55,166 nt of DNA from a virus. Taxonomy: Duplodnaviria > Caudoviricetes. The DNA lies in IMG/VR virus record IMGVR_UViG_3300032954_000016, positions 1 through 55,166 of that record; one strand, given 5' to 3'. This document shows positions 28,111 to 36,257 of this stretch, one piece after another. A model generated the notes under the pieces. The model was not told the origin of the DNA. It ran no database searches and saw only the letters and a list, made by a program, of their open reading frames with translations. Position numbers and translations under genes: made by a program. The first letter of the stretch is position 1. Each line of letters starts with the position of its first letter.

Positions 28111-29127
28111 TCAGTTGTGCGGAAGCCGCCGCCGCGGCTCCGTGATAGTCGGCTGGCAAATCGCGTCGAGCGCTTCGAGGAACCTGCGCTGCGCCGCCGG
28201 CCACCCGAAGCGGGCGCCGACTCGCGACGACTCGCCGGCGGTCGGCGGCTGTAGCCAACCGAGCGCGTGGGCGCGTGCGAAGTCCTCGAACTCGGTGAGG
28301 TCGGTGGCGTAGGTCACGAGGCGTCCGAACGACTGCTCGAACACCGGCAGGCGGTAGGCCACGACCGGCGTGCCGGCGCACAGCGCCTCGGCCACCACGT
28401 TGCCGAACGACTCGAACCGGCTCGGCATCAGGAACACGCGGCTGGCCTTGAGCAGCCGGAACTTCTCGGGCTCGGAGACGCTCAGGAGGTGGTGCGCGCC
28501 GGCCGCCGCGCAGGCCGCCAGCGCCGCGGGCTCCAGCCGCCCGACCACGACGGCGCGGAAACCGGGCACGCGCCTCTGGAGGTGGCGCAGCGTGGCGACC
28601 AGGTCCCCGGCCCTTCTGCCGATGCTGGCGCTTTGCACGTAGCCGGTCGCGTGGTACACGAGGTCGAACGCGCCCAACGGAATGCCGTCGGAGTCCAGCG
28701 GCGTGACTGACGAGGGCCATATCGTGCCAACGGTGGTCCAGTTAGTCACCACCTCGACGTGCAGTTGCGCGTGCAGCACGACCGACTGATCGACGTTGGT
28801 TGACGGCTCGATGTTCGTAGGTTGCGCTTGTATGCTGGCGGCCGCACACAGCGTGGCGGCTATCAACAGGTATTTCATTGTGTTCATGGTTTTTTTTCCT
28901 TTCTCGGCCCGCGCCGCCTTGGCGGCCGCGCCGGGTGTGTCGGGCTGCTTCTTCTCCTTGGGCTCAGGCGCGCCCTCCTCGTGGCGGCCGCACCACTCGG
29001 TCGCGTGCACCGGCGGCCGGCCCCGGCCCTTGTCGTGGAACAGCACCGGCGGGTTGAACCAGCACTCGCCCTTCGGCTCGCCCGGATGCGGACGGTAGTG
29101 GCGGCAGGTGGAGCAGGTCGCGGTCAT
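28111..29127 (-). CDS. Chimeric ORF: Cys-rich N-terminus + signal-peptide segment + C-terminal half of a GT4/GT-B glycosyltransferase
   Basis: CSTCRHY..GECWFNPP..WCGRH; MKYLLIAATLCAAASIQA; VFLMPSRFESFGNVVAEALCAGTPVVAY (EX7E motif). Confidence 0.65.
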   Translation of the reverse strand: MTATCSTCRHYRPHPGEPKGECWFNPPVLFHDKGRGRPPVHATEWCGRHEEGAPEPKEKKQPDTPGAAAKAARAEKGKKTMNTMKYLLIAATLCAAASIQAQPTNIEPSTNVDQSVVLHAQLHVEVVTNWTTVGTIWPSSVTPLDSDGIPLGAFDLVYHATGYVQSASIGRRAGDLVATLRHLQRRVPGFRAVVVGRLEPAALAACAAAGAHHLLSVSEPEKFRLLKASRVFLMPSRFESFGNVVAEALCAGTPVVAYRLPVFEQSFGRLVTYATDLTEFEDFARAHALGWLQPPTAGESSRVGARFGWPAAQRRFLEALDAICQPTITEPRRRLPHN

Positions 29128-29312
29128 GATTTCCTTCTTTTCTCAGGCCGCACGCGCCGGCGGCCGCGGCCGTTGCCGAGGTAGCGCCCGACCGGCGAGT
29201 AGGGCGCGTCGCTCCAGTTGGCGCACGCGCCCTTGGCCTTCTCGACCTGCGGCGCGATCTGCGCCCGCAGCTCCGCGACCCGGCGCCGCATGGCCTTGGC
29301 GGAGGCGGTCAT
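29124..29312 (-). CDS. Small basic hypothetical protein
   Basis: ATG downstream of promoter 29363-29391; ATGA-coupled to next gene. Confidence 0.5.
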   Translation of the reverse strand: MTASAKAMRRRVAELRAQIAPQVEKAKGACANWSDAPYSPVGRYLGNGRGRRRVRPEKRRKS

Positions 29313-29362
29313 CAGAGGTCGTTGTGATTCATGTGTCGGTTCTTGGTCTCAGGTCGCGGCGG

Positions 29363-29391
29363 ATTGTAGCCGGGCACCGCCTCAGGGTCAA
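29363..29391 (-). promoter_or_regulatory. sigma70-type promoter TTGACC-17-TACAAT
   Basis: Identical hexamers and AAAAACGC upstream as at 45876 and 51653. Confidence 0.85.
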
Positions 29392-29398
29392 GCGTTTT

Positions 29399-29494
29399 TC
29401 ACCGGCGCTTTGCGCCGAAGAACACGATGCCGCACAATAGGCCGGCTCCGAAGCTGGCGACGACCAGCGCCGCGAGGTTCAACACAGTGTCCAT
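29399..29494 (-). CDS. 31-aa membrane peptide
   Basis: MDTVLNLAALVVASFGAGLLCGIVFFGAKRR with GAAAGGA RBS. Confidence 0.5.
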   Translation of the reverse strand: MDTVLNLAALVVASFGAGLLCGIVFFGAKRR

Positions 29495-29510
29495 GTCGTT
29501 CCTTTCTCAG

Positions 29511-30923
29511 TCACGTGACCCTCTCCACCTTGAACCGCTCGCCGGCCGAGAACCGCTCGGCGCCGCCGCCCGCCGACCGCAGCTCGCCCAATCCGGAGAA
29601 CGCGCCGGTGCCGGCATGGAGGTGGTCGAACAGGTAGCGCAGCGCGTCCATGCTGTGGTCGTTCTCCTTCTTGGGCGCGTCCTTGGCCGCCTTGTCGTTC
29701 CACACATAGGACTCGAACTCATTGACATGGTCCACGCAGGACGGGTCGGTCGAGTAGCGCGCCCTGCCGTCGCCGGCCACCTTGAGAGCGTTGCGCACCA
29801 GGTCGCAGCCGTCCAGCACCCGCCCCTTGGCGCCGATCGCGTAGACGCCGGCGTTGTTCAGGTCGGCGATGAGGCCGGCCGCCGCCTCGTCCACGACCGC
29901 GACCTCGCACCTCGTCTCGGCCGGCGGCAGCACGGTGACACCCTCGCCGTCGGGCGGCAAGGCGGCGTAACCGGCCGGGTTCTGGAACCAAAGCCGGGCG
30001 CGAGCGACCACGTCGGCCTGGAGCACGCCGCGCCGGAAGAAGCACCGGAAGCAGTGCAGGCGGCCGTCCCCGTCGGCACCGACCAGCAGGACCACCGCCG
30101 GGTTGGTGTAGCCCTCGTCCAACGCCAGGAACCAGCGCCGCATCTCCTTGTGGTCGCGGACCCGGACGTGCGGGCCGCCGGGCGTCGAGTCGAAGTTGTC
30201 GTACACGGCGCCCTCGGCCGTGGCCCACTGGCCCTCCAGCAGCCTCTTGCGGCGCACGCCGGTCAGGGTGGACTCCAGCAGCCCGATGCGCCGCCGGCCC
30301 TCGGCGGTGATGTTCCCGGCGTCGTCGTAAAGCGCCGGGTTGTCCTTGTGGGTCGACAGCAGCCGCGTCAGCGAGGCCCGGCTCCGAATCCAGTGGCTCG
30401 CGCCGGCCGGGTTGCAGTCGCCGAACACCTGCGGCCACGCCACCACCGCGCCGCGGCCGGTCACGCGGCCGGCGACCATCTCCCACTCGGCCTCGGTGAG
30501 CTGCTCGGCCTGAACCATGTGCGCGAAGTCCCACTCGCTGGAGAGCAGCTTGTCGGCCTTGTCCAGCCCGGCGCACACCAGCTCCGACCCATTCGGGAAC
30601 ACCCACTTCTCGGTGAACTTCTCGCCGCCGTACCGCTTGATGGGCAGGCCGGCGGTGATGGTGTTGAAGGTCCGGGCGCACGAGTCGTTGATGGAGTTGA
30701 ACAGCTTGCGCACCATGATGCCGTGCGCCTTGGGGCGCCTGGCGTCAGAGCAGAGCAGGAAGTCCTTGACGCATCCGGCCCACGTTTTGGAGGTGTCCGA
30801 CGGGCCGCAGAGGATGGCCTCGTGGTCGTGGCAGGTCAGGAGCTGGAGCGAGCCGCCGCGGAACTTGGGGAGCTCCACCGTGACGGTGCGCGCCCGCTTC
30901 GGCTTGGCGGTCAGCTTCGTCAC
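29511..30923 (-). CDS. terL: Terminase large subunit (PBSX-like)
   Basis: GPSDTSKT Walker A variant, GDCNP coupling motif, LEGQW..AEGAVY, LDEGYTNP and DHSMDALRY nuclease motifs; GTG start coupled to terS. Confidence 0.92.
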   Translation of the reverse strand: MTKLTAKPKRARTVTVELPKFRGGSLQLLTCHDHEAILCGPSDTSKTWAGCVKDFLLCSDARRPKAHGIMVRKLFNSINDSCARTFNTITAGLPIKRYGGEKFTEKWVFPNGSELVCAGLDKADKLLSSEWDFAHMVQAEQLTEAEWEMVAGRVTGRGAVVAWPQVFGDCNPAGASHWIRSRASLTRLLSTHKDNPALYDDAGNITAEGRRRIGLLESTLTGVRRKRLLEGQWATAEGAVYDNFDSTPGGPHVRVRDHKEMRRWFLALDEGYTNPAVVLLVGADGDGRLHCFRCFFRRGVLQADVVARARLWFQNPAGYAALPPDGEGVTVLPPAETRCEVAVVDEAAAGLIADLNNAGVYAIGAKGRVLDGCDLVRNALKVAGDGRARYSTDPSCVDHVNEFESYVWNDKAAKDAPKKENDHSMDALRYLFDHLHAGTGAFSGLGELRSAGGGAERFSAGERFKVERVT

Positions 30924-31462
30924 TTGGCCGGCGCCGGGCCGGTCACGGCCTCGGGGTCGACGCTGGACTTGACCACCACCATCAGCGGGCCGCCGCCCTC
31001 GCCGACCAGCTCCTGCCGCTCGCGCCACTCGTCCGGCTGCCGGTTCTTGAGCCAGAAGATGCACGCCGTGGTGTCCGGCGGGTAGTGCTTGACGATGTCG
31101 GTCTTGATGATGCGACCCTCGTACGACTTGATGTCCACGTCGGGATGGCTGTACCCGGTGGCGCGCTGGTAGAGCGACTTGATGACGGCCTCGTCCGCCT
31201 CCCGTTTTCCGAGCTTTAAGGCTTTGCCAACTTCGGGGTGGCGGTGGCGAAGATTGAACACAGCGATGCCGCTTATCCCGAACGCCTCGCCTATCTGCGC
31301 ATCGGTCGCGCCGAGCCTCGCCAATACCTTGGCGATCCGCAGCCGGTCCAGCTTCACCGGTTTGCGCCCGCCGCCTTCGCCCTGGCGGCCGCGCTTAACC
31401 TTGCCGGTGCGCTTGGAGACGGTGCTCGGCTTGCGGGGTTTTCGGCGGCGGGTCGCGCTCAT
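30920..31462 (-). CDS. terS: Terminase small subunit
   Basis: HTH + SLYQRATGY...KHYPPDTTACIFWLKNR signature; directly upstream of TerL. Confidence 0.9.
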   Translation of the reverse strand: MSATRRRKPRKPSTVSKRTGKVKRGRQGEGGGRKPVKLDRLRIAKVLARLGATDAQIGEAFGISGIAVFNLRHRHPEVGKALKLGKREADEAVIKSLYQRATGYSHPDVDIKSYEGRIIKTDIVKHYPPDTTACIFWLKNRQPDEWRERQELVGEGGGPLMVVVKSSVDPEAVTGPAPAK

Positions 31463-31470
31463 CTGACGGG

Positions 31471-31499
31471 GGTATAGCCGGTCGCCGGTTGAATGTCAA
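31471..31499 (-). promoter_or_regulatory. Promoter TTGACA-17-TATACC upstream of terS (near-leaderless)
   Basis: Perfect -35; -10 ends 8 nt before ATG. Confidence 0.6.
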
Positions 31500-32002
31500 C
31501 GCTTTTCCGGCGACGTCGCCGAACCGGCCGCTGCAGCGGACGCCGAGGCGCCGCTGAGCTTGTTGTTCGGCGGATACAGTTCCACCGGCTCCACACCCTC
31601 GCGCAGAGGCTTCGCCCGCTCGAACACGCACTGAATGTCAGACTCCGCCAGTATGCGCCCGACTTCCATTTTGACCGCGCAGTATCCGAAGCGGTGGAGC
31701 GTCGCGTATTCTGTTGGCGTGAACCAGCGGCGGAGTTGTTCCAGCGTGCGGCAGCCGCAGCCGAGATTCATGCCGACGATAGAGAGGCGCAGCACGTTTC
31801 CAAATTGCATCGGCCACGGGACGAGAGCGGCGTATTCTTCCTCCGGTTTGTCCTCGACCCACCGTTGCGAGAACCCTGGTTTCCACGGGCCTCGACCCGC
31901 GGCGTCTTGCACTCGATACACAATCGCCGAACAAGGCGCTGGAGCGAATGAGTGCCCCGCCACGCTGTTTGGCAATTCGGGAGTCTGGGATGGGGCACTC
32001 AT
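31496..32002 (-). CDS. Cassette 1 hypothetical protein
   Basis: Starts inside attC2 and reads through attC1; VYRVQDAAGRGPW motif. Confidence 0.75.
   Translation of the reverse strand: MSAPSQTPELPNSVAGHSFAPAPCSAIVYRVQDAAGRGPWKPGFSQRWVEDKPEEEYAALVPWPMQFGNVLRLSIVGMNLGCGCRTLEQLRRWFTPTEYATLHRFGYCAVKMEVGRILAESDIQCVFERAKPLREGVEPVELYPPNNKLSGASASAAAAGSATSPEKR
31518..31571 (+). repeat. attC-like site 1 (54 bp, terminal/backbone site)
   Basis: GCCGAAC cggcc GCTGCAGCGG..CCGCTGAGC ttgtt GTTCGGC. Confidence 0.85.
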
Positions 32003-32023
32003 CGCTCAGCTTGGTCGTTAGGC
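31926..32023 (+). repeat. attC-like site 2
   Basis: GCCGAAC aaggc GCTGGAGCG..CGCTCAGC ttggtc GTTAGGC. Confidence 0.9.
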
Positions 32024-32241
32024 TACAAGGCATCCTCGCCACCGGGCAGCATGTCCGATTCGATGGTTGGGAAGTTGAGTTTGTCCAGGACGCGATTCAC
32101 GTCCTCCTTTTTTCCGCCGGTCAGTTCGCGGATGATTTTGAAGCATTCATCGAGTGCTTCTTGGGCGTCTCCGAGGTTTTCGATTCCTTCCATTCGGAAT
32201 CGGCCATCCTCGCCGACGATATGATTTAGTGATCCAGCCAT
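32023..32241 (-). CDS. Cassette 2 hypothetical protein
   Basis: ORF fills the interval between attC2 and attC3. Confidence 0.7.
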   Translation of the reverse strand: MAGSLNHIVGEDGRFRMEGIENLGDAQEALDECFKIIRELTGGKKEDVNRVLDKLNFPTIESDMLPGGEDAL

Positions 32242-32249
32242 AAGTTGTA

Positions 32250-32339
32250 GCCTAACCCGGCGCTGGAGAGAACGCCGGGATTGCGTTTCAGTGTTATTCG
32301 ACGCCGCTCTCCCCGGCGTCTCTCAGCTTTGCGTTAGAC
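32250..32339 (+). repeat. attC-like site 3
   Basis: GCCTAAC ccggc GCTGGAGAG..CTCTCAGC tttgc GTTAGAC. Confidence 0.9.
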
Positions 32340-32558
32340 AGCTTTGGGAATCTCAGCTTGTTCCAATTTGTAAATGTGTTTTTGAAGCTCGTAGGTCACA
32401 TCAATTCCTACGCCTTGGGTTTTAACTGCCGGTGCTGTATGGAGAACGCACATAAAGTTGTCCATGACTTCGACCTTCGCGGCTAGTACTTCGTTCTGGT
32501 GGCGCAGAGCACGTATCTCGTTCTGCGCTTCCTTGAGCGTTTCAATCAGTTCGTTCAT
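32334..32558 (-). CDS. Cassette 3 coiled-coil protein
   Basis: Stop TAA lies in attC3 core. Confidence 0.7.
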   Translation of the reverse strand: MNELIETLKEAQNEIRALRHQNEVLAAKVEVMDNFMCVLHTAPAVKTQGVGIDVTYELQKHIYKLEQAEIPKAV

Positions 32559-32562
32559 AGCT

Positions 32563-32654
32563 GTCTAACCAATCAGTGCAGCGAATGGCGCGGAGTCGCT
32601 GCGGGTTCAATTCGGTTGGTCAGCGATGCGCCATCGCTGACTTCTGCGTTAGGA
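32563..32654 (+). repeat. attC-like site 4
   Basis: GTCTAAC caatc AGTGCAGCG..CGCTGACT tctgc GTTAGGA. Confidence 0.9.
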
Positions 32655-32669
32655 CCACCAGTCATCGTC

Positions 32670-32999
32670 CTAGTCGCCATGCTCCGATACAGGGCCTCCA
32701 TCATCCTGCGTCTCGACCTTGTCCGCGATCTGTGGCAGGTCGAAGCGGCTCACCGGTTCATTGCGATAGCGTTGGAGCATTCCGAGCGCGATTTCCTCCG
32801 TCACTGGGTTGATGCTGTAGATTGCTCCCGGCCCATAGAAGCGGGTATATGCCTTGTTCTCGGCCTGGGCCGGCACGTCCACGCGCAGGAACGCACCGCC
32901 GGCGAGTGTGGCCTCACTCACCTTGCCCACGATCTTCTGGTGGCCGAACAGTTCGACCAGTGCCCATTCATTGAAGCTGCTTCCGTTGTCTTTGCTCAT
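32670..32999 (-). CDS. Cassette 4 conserved phage-type protein
   Basis: EWALVELFGHQKIVGKVSE...FLRVDVP...GAIYSINP motif. Confidence 0.8.
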   Translation of the reverse strand: MSKDNGSSFNEWALVELFGHQKIVGKVSEATLAGGAFLRVDVPAQAENKAYTRFYGPGAIYSINPVTEEIALGMLQRYRNEPVSRFDLPQIADKVETQDDGGPVSEHGD

Positions 33000-33003
33000 A
33001 AGG

Positions 33004-33127
33004 TCCTAACAAGCGGATGCACACGAACAGCCGCCCCGCTTGGCAGTTCGGGCGCATCAGGTTTTACTATGGTTTCGGGGCTTTCAAAGTCTCGGTCGGC
33101 GGCTGTCGGTGATCCGCAGCGTTAAGC
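33004..33127 (+). repeat. attC-like site 5
   Basis: TCCTAAC aagcg GATGCAC..GTGATC cgcagc GTTAAGC. Confidence 0.85.
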
Positions 33128-33421
33128 GGCTAAATATGATGCCACTTCCTTTCCTTCGGTTGTCAGTTCCCATGCCCAGCCATATCGCTTCGTGGCCAGC
33201 CCTTTATTTTGTAGGGCGTAAAAACTTTGCACGCTAGCGGGTTTATGGTCATCCCAAGCTTGGCATTGGGGGTAGTTGGTGGTGTGAGGCAGTCCCATCA
33301 TTTTGGCATCTTTTAGCCATCGGATAGCAGCCACCTGTCCAGCCGTTAGCCGCTTAACCACTCCATTCAGCGAACCGCGAGTGGCACTTTCGGTTTGTTC
33401 GGTAACGTATTTTACGCTCAT
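33122..33421 (-). CDS. Cassette 5 protein (winged-helix-like)
   Basis: Starts inside attC6; stop in attC5 core; ALQNKGL...WELTTEGK. Confidence 0.7.
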   Translation of the reverse strand: MSVKYVTEQTESATRGSLNGVVKRLTAGQVAAIRWLKDAKMMGLPHTTNYPQCQAWDDHKPASVQSFYALQNKGLATKRYGWAWELTTEGKEVASYLAA

Positions 33422-33459
33422 AGTTTTGTTATTCGCGGTCGCTGATGTCGGCGTTAGAA
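33352..33459 (+). repeat. attC-like site 6
   Basis: GCTTAAC cactc CATTCAGCG..CGCTGATG tcggc GTTAGAA. Confidence 0.88.
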
Positions 33460-33852
33460 CATTGAGTCATCGTCGTCATCGTCCAGGTCTGGCTCTTGCC
33501 AATCGTCCTCGTAGTTGTAGCGGCGACGATTGAAGTGCGCCCGGTCTTCGATGGCTTTCACGAGCGCCTTTTCTTCCGGCGTGCGTTCGCCTTCCGGTTT
33601 TTCGAGCACGTCGCGATGGCGATAGCGGATTCTTTCGAGTTTCGATTTGTCGTTGAGCGCGAGTTCGGCGTTCTCCTTCGCCACCTTGTATTGCTCGACT
33701 GCCTTGTCCGCGAGTCGCGCTGCTGTCTTGCGGAGTTCATCTACGGCTTCGGGTGTTGTCGCCGAGCTTGAGGACAGACACACCTCGAAGTGGCAGTAGT
33801 CATGTGAGCGCATCACTTTCACGCTTCCGATTTGGATGTCAGGAATTTGCAT
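33454..33852 (-). CDS. Cassette 6 hypothetical protein with acidic tail
   Basis: SVKVMRSHDYCHFEV motif; stop in attC6 core. Confidence 0.75.
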   Translation of the reverse strand: MQIPDIQIGSVKVMRSHDYCHFEVCLSSSSATTPEAVDELRKTAARLADKAVEQYKVAKENAELALNDKSKLERIRYRHRDVLEKPEGERTPEEKALVKAIEDRAHFNRRRYNYEDDWQEPDLDDDDDDSMF

Positions 33853-33858
33853 ACGATG

Positions 33859-33983
33859 TTCTAACAAATCGGTGCAGACCAACAGCCGCCGCCCTCGGCA
33901 TTGGCTGCACCATTGGTTGTTTGATTGGCGGTTTGCATTTCAAAGTTCACTTCCGGCGGCTGTGGCTGACCTCATCGTTAGGT
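33859..33983 (+). repeat. attC-like site 7
   Basis: TTCTAAC aaatc GGTGCAG..CTGACC tcatc GTTAGGT. Confidence 0.88.
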
Positions 33984-33985
33984 GC

Positions 33986-34138
33986 TTAAGGCTCCGAGCA
34001 TACGGTTTTCAATGCATCCCAAGCCGTAGTGCATCCTGGGATGTATTCCTGATTCCATAGCAGGAATATCCACAAAATCATTCCCGGCATCCAAAGTGGG
34101 AAGGCGGCTATAAACAAAACGAGTTTTATCATTTTCAT
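33986..34138 (-). CDS. Cassette 7 small membrane protein (50 aa)
   Basis: MKMIKLVLFIAAFPLWMPGMILWIFLLW; ATGA-coupled. Confidence 0.55.
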   Translation of the reverse strand: MKMIKLVLFIAAFPLWMPGMILWIFLLWNQEYIPGCTTAWDALKTVCSEP

Positions 34139-34380
34139 CTTGGTCCTTCGGTTGCGATTACTTCAGTCAAACACCACCACGCGAGCGGTTCTTCATCAGC
34201 GGCGTCGTGAGGTTTTTCACCCCAGGATTTCTTTTTACCCATAGCGACACGCGCCACATCCGCCGCCCACAAATAGCGTTCGGTCGAGCACCTAACAAAT
34301 CGCTGGACCGAATGGCTATTACGCCGGTCAGTTCCAACGCTGTCTTTGCGCTCAATCGTTTCTTGTTGCATCGTGCTCAT
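34135..34380 (-). CDS. Cassette 7 hypothetical protein
   Basis: Starts inside attC8. Confidence 0.6.
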   Translation of the reverse strand: MSTMQQETIERKDSVGTDRRNSHSVQRFVRCSTERYLWAADVARVAMGKKKSWGEKPHDAADEEPLAWWCLTEVIATEGPR

Positions 34381-34416
34381 TTTACGCACCCGCCATCGGT
34401 CAGTTTTCCGTTAGCT
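34290..34416 (+). repeat. attC-like site 8
   Basis: ACCTAAC aaatc GCTGGACCG..CGGTCAGT tttcc GTTAGCT. Confidence 0.88.
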
Positions 34417-34638
34417 GGCTTTGAGGCGTAGCTTACATTCATGGCACTTGAGAGCGTCTTGCATTGGTGTGACCCACTCGCCGCCGCCATCGTCTCCGCA
34501 TAGCGCGATGCCGTCCTTTACCGCATGGACTACTCGCCCCGCACGCAGGAATGTTGACGGGAGTAGCCAGCTAACAACGCGCTTCAGCGAACGGCCTTTG
34601 GCCGTTCTGCTTCGCGCTCGCCGCAATTTGGTTGTCAT
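34411..34638 (-). CDS. Cassette 8 small zinc-binding protein
   Basis: VVHAV..ALCG...CHEC; RBS and ATG inside attC9; stop in attC8 core. Confidence 0.7.
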   Translation of the reverse strand: MTTKLRRARSRTAKGRSLKRVVSWLLPSTFLRAGRVVHAVKDGIALCGDDGGGEWVTPMQDALKCHECKLRLKAS

Positions 34639-34689
34639 GGTTGCATTCCTTTCTCGTGCTCAGGCCGTCGCTGAGCTCGGTCGTTAGCC
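34569..34689 (+). repeat. attC-like site 9
   Basis: AGCTAAC aacgc GCTTCAGCG..CGCTGAGC tcggtc GTTAGCC. Confidence 0.9.
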
Positions 34690-35066
34690 GCGCCTCGCTC
34701 GCTGGCCCTCGCGGGGCCAGCGTCGGCGGCTTCGATGATTTGCACGATCCTTCGCCTACAATGTTTGTTTCCGTTAAATATGAATTTCGCACTTTCGAGC
34801 GCCATCGGGCTTGTAATATCTCTCCAATCCCAAGGAGCATCACCGAACATTTCGGCCCCGACTTGCACCACGAATGCCGCCGAATCGCTTTTCGGCGCGG
34901 CTAACGGCGAAGCTGCCAGCGCCTTGTTGCCGCTCGGCGCGGCTAACAAGTCGCTGGAGGCGGACATCGCCTGCGGCGACCCTTCAGGGAGCAAGCAACC
35001 ACATGAACCGCAGTAGTGCTGCTCCAACCTTGACGTTTCAAATCCGCATTGATTACATATTTTCAT
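34635..35066 (-). CDS. Cassette 9 protein with N-terminal zinc ribbon
   Basis: CNQCG..YCGSCG encoded within attC10; stop overlaps next ATG in attC9. Confidence 0.65.
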   Translation of the reverse strand: MKICNQCGFETSRLEQHYCGSCGCLLPEGSPQAMSASSDLLAAPSGNKALAASPLAAPKSDSAAFVVQVGAEMFGDAPWDWRDITSPMALESAKFIFNGNKHCRRRIVQIIEAADAGPARASERGAANDRAQRRPEHEKGMQP

Positions 35067-35107
35067 TGCTTGCTCCCTTCAGTTGCCGCTCAGCTTCGCC
35101 GTTAGCC
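34941..35107 (+). repeat. attC-like site 10 (long, 167 bp)
   Basis: GGCTAAC aagtc GCTGGAGGCGG..GGGAGCAAGCAA/TTGCTTGCTCCC..CCGCTCAGC ttcgcc GTTAGCC. Confidence 0.8.
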
Positions 35108-35241
35108 GCCTTGCGTTTGCGTTTCAGGGCGACTGTTGCTTTCTTCCAGTTTTCGCGGGCGGCGCGGCGCTTGGCCTCCGAGGTTGCCTTGCCACCGAGC
35201 CGTCCGAGAGTTTGCGCGGCCTTATTGACATGACCACTCAT
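35053..35241 (-). CDS. Cassette 10 small basic putative DNA-binding protein
   Basis: AAQTLGRLGGKATSEAKRRAAREN motif typical of small phage regulators. Confidence 0.7.
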   Translation of the reverse strand: MSGHVNKAAQTLGRLGGKATSEAKRRAARENWKKATVALKRKRKAANGEAERQLKGASNENM

Positions 35242-35425
35242 AGTCGGAGTCTTGTTTCTCGCCGCTCGCCAGCGCCTCGGCGATTTCGTGCGCGTCTTGG
35301 TCGGCGGCCACTATCATCCGGCTGCCATCGCCGCGGCGAATCGTTGTCTGGCCACCGCGCTCGCTCACCACATACTCGCTGTCATCCGTGTAGTATCCGT
35401 TTCCGCTTACTGTTACTTTTTTCAT
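35222..35425 (-). CDS. Cassette 10 hypothetical protein
   Basis: ATG downstream of cassette-internal promoter. Confidence 0.65.
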   Translation of the reverse strand: MKKVTVSGNGYYTDDSEYVVSERGGQTTIRRGDGSRMIVAADQDAHEIAEALASGEKQDSDYEWSCQ

Positions 35426-35474
35426 TTTCGTTTTTCGGCTCGGCTTACTGGGCCTCGCTCATCTTTCTGCGCTC

Positions 35475-35503
35475 AATATACCAAGCGGTTAGTATATCGT
35501 CAA
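35475..35503 (-). promoter_or_regulatory. Cassette-internal promoter TTGACG-17-TATATT with ATATAC/GTATAT inverted repeat
   Basis: Hexamers, spacer and palindrome seen directly; A-tracts upstream. Confidence 0.8.
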
Positions 35504-35561
35504 CATTTATTTTCACTTTTTTTGACCCTGTTTTATTGGGCTTTTTGATGATTTTGACGGC

Positions 35562-35694
35562 GGCTAACCCGGCGCTGCACAGAACTGGAGCTACGCTCCT
35601 CCAGTTGCGGCAGCGCCGGGTGCATCAATGCCAGTTTTGTAGTGGGACGCGAAATCACGATTTGCCGCTCCAGTCTGTGAGCTTGTCGTTAAGC
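35562..35694 (+). repeat. attC-like site 11
   Basis: GGCTAAC ccggc GCTGCACAG..CTGTGAGC ttgtc GTTAAGC. Confidence 0.88.
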
Positions 35695-35997
35695 GATGCG
35701 TTCTAGTTCGAGCACCTTTTTTACAGTTGGTCGCCACCGCTTTTTAGACTTTGGTTTCGTCCACTCATGGTCATCCCCGTAACGCTCGAAATCGGCCTTT
35801 GAGATTTCGCCAAATGCCAGCACTTGATCTTCGCAGGCTGCATGAAGGAGTATGTCATCGCCGCCGCCCACGTCCTGACAGACGCCGATTACACCTATGT
35901 CGCAAATGATTTCGTAAAACTTCGGACGGCATCGCTTAACAACTCCATGCAGGCGACGTGGAGAACAGCTTCGGGTTTGCGTTGGTTTCGATTTCAT
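35689..35997 (-). CDS. Cassette 11 hypothetical protein
   Basis: Starts inside attC12; stop in attC11 core. Confidence 0.7.
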   Translation of the reverse strand: MKSKPTQTRSCSPRRLHGVVKRCRPKFYEIICDIGVIGVCQDVGGGDDILLHAACEDQVLAFGEISKADFERYGDDHEWTKPKSKKRWRPTVKKVLELERIA

Positions 35998-36054
35998 ATT
36001 TACAGTTTTGGTTGTGCCGAGTCAGGTGACACGCGCCTGATGTCGGCGTTCGGC
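35934..36054 (+). repeat. attC-like site 12
   Basis: GCTTAAC aactc CATGCAGGCG..CGCCTGATG tcggc GTTCGGC. Confidence 0.88.
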
Positions 36055-36257
36055 AACAGGTGCATTTCGTGCCGCCCAAAGATGTCCACGAACCACGCTT
36101 CACGGTGGCCGAATGGTCCGTTTGGTCCGGTGCAGTCGAGCGCCCTGCCACGCTCTGCCATCCTTTCCTCTGTTGTCAGTGTTGGCTTGTTGTTTGGCCA
36201 GCGTTGCCGAACCAATCGGTCCAGCGAACCCGGCGATTGCGTCTCAGTTGTATTCAT
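36000..36257 (-). CDS. Cassette 12 hypothetical protein
   Basis: MNTTETQSPGSLDRLVR starts inside attC13, ATGA-coupled. Confidence 0.6.
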   Translation of the reverse strand: MNTTETQSPGSLDRLVRQRWPNNKPTLTTEERMAERGRALDCTGPNGPFGHREAWFVDIFGRHEMHLLPNADIRRVSPDSAQPKL

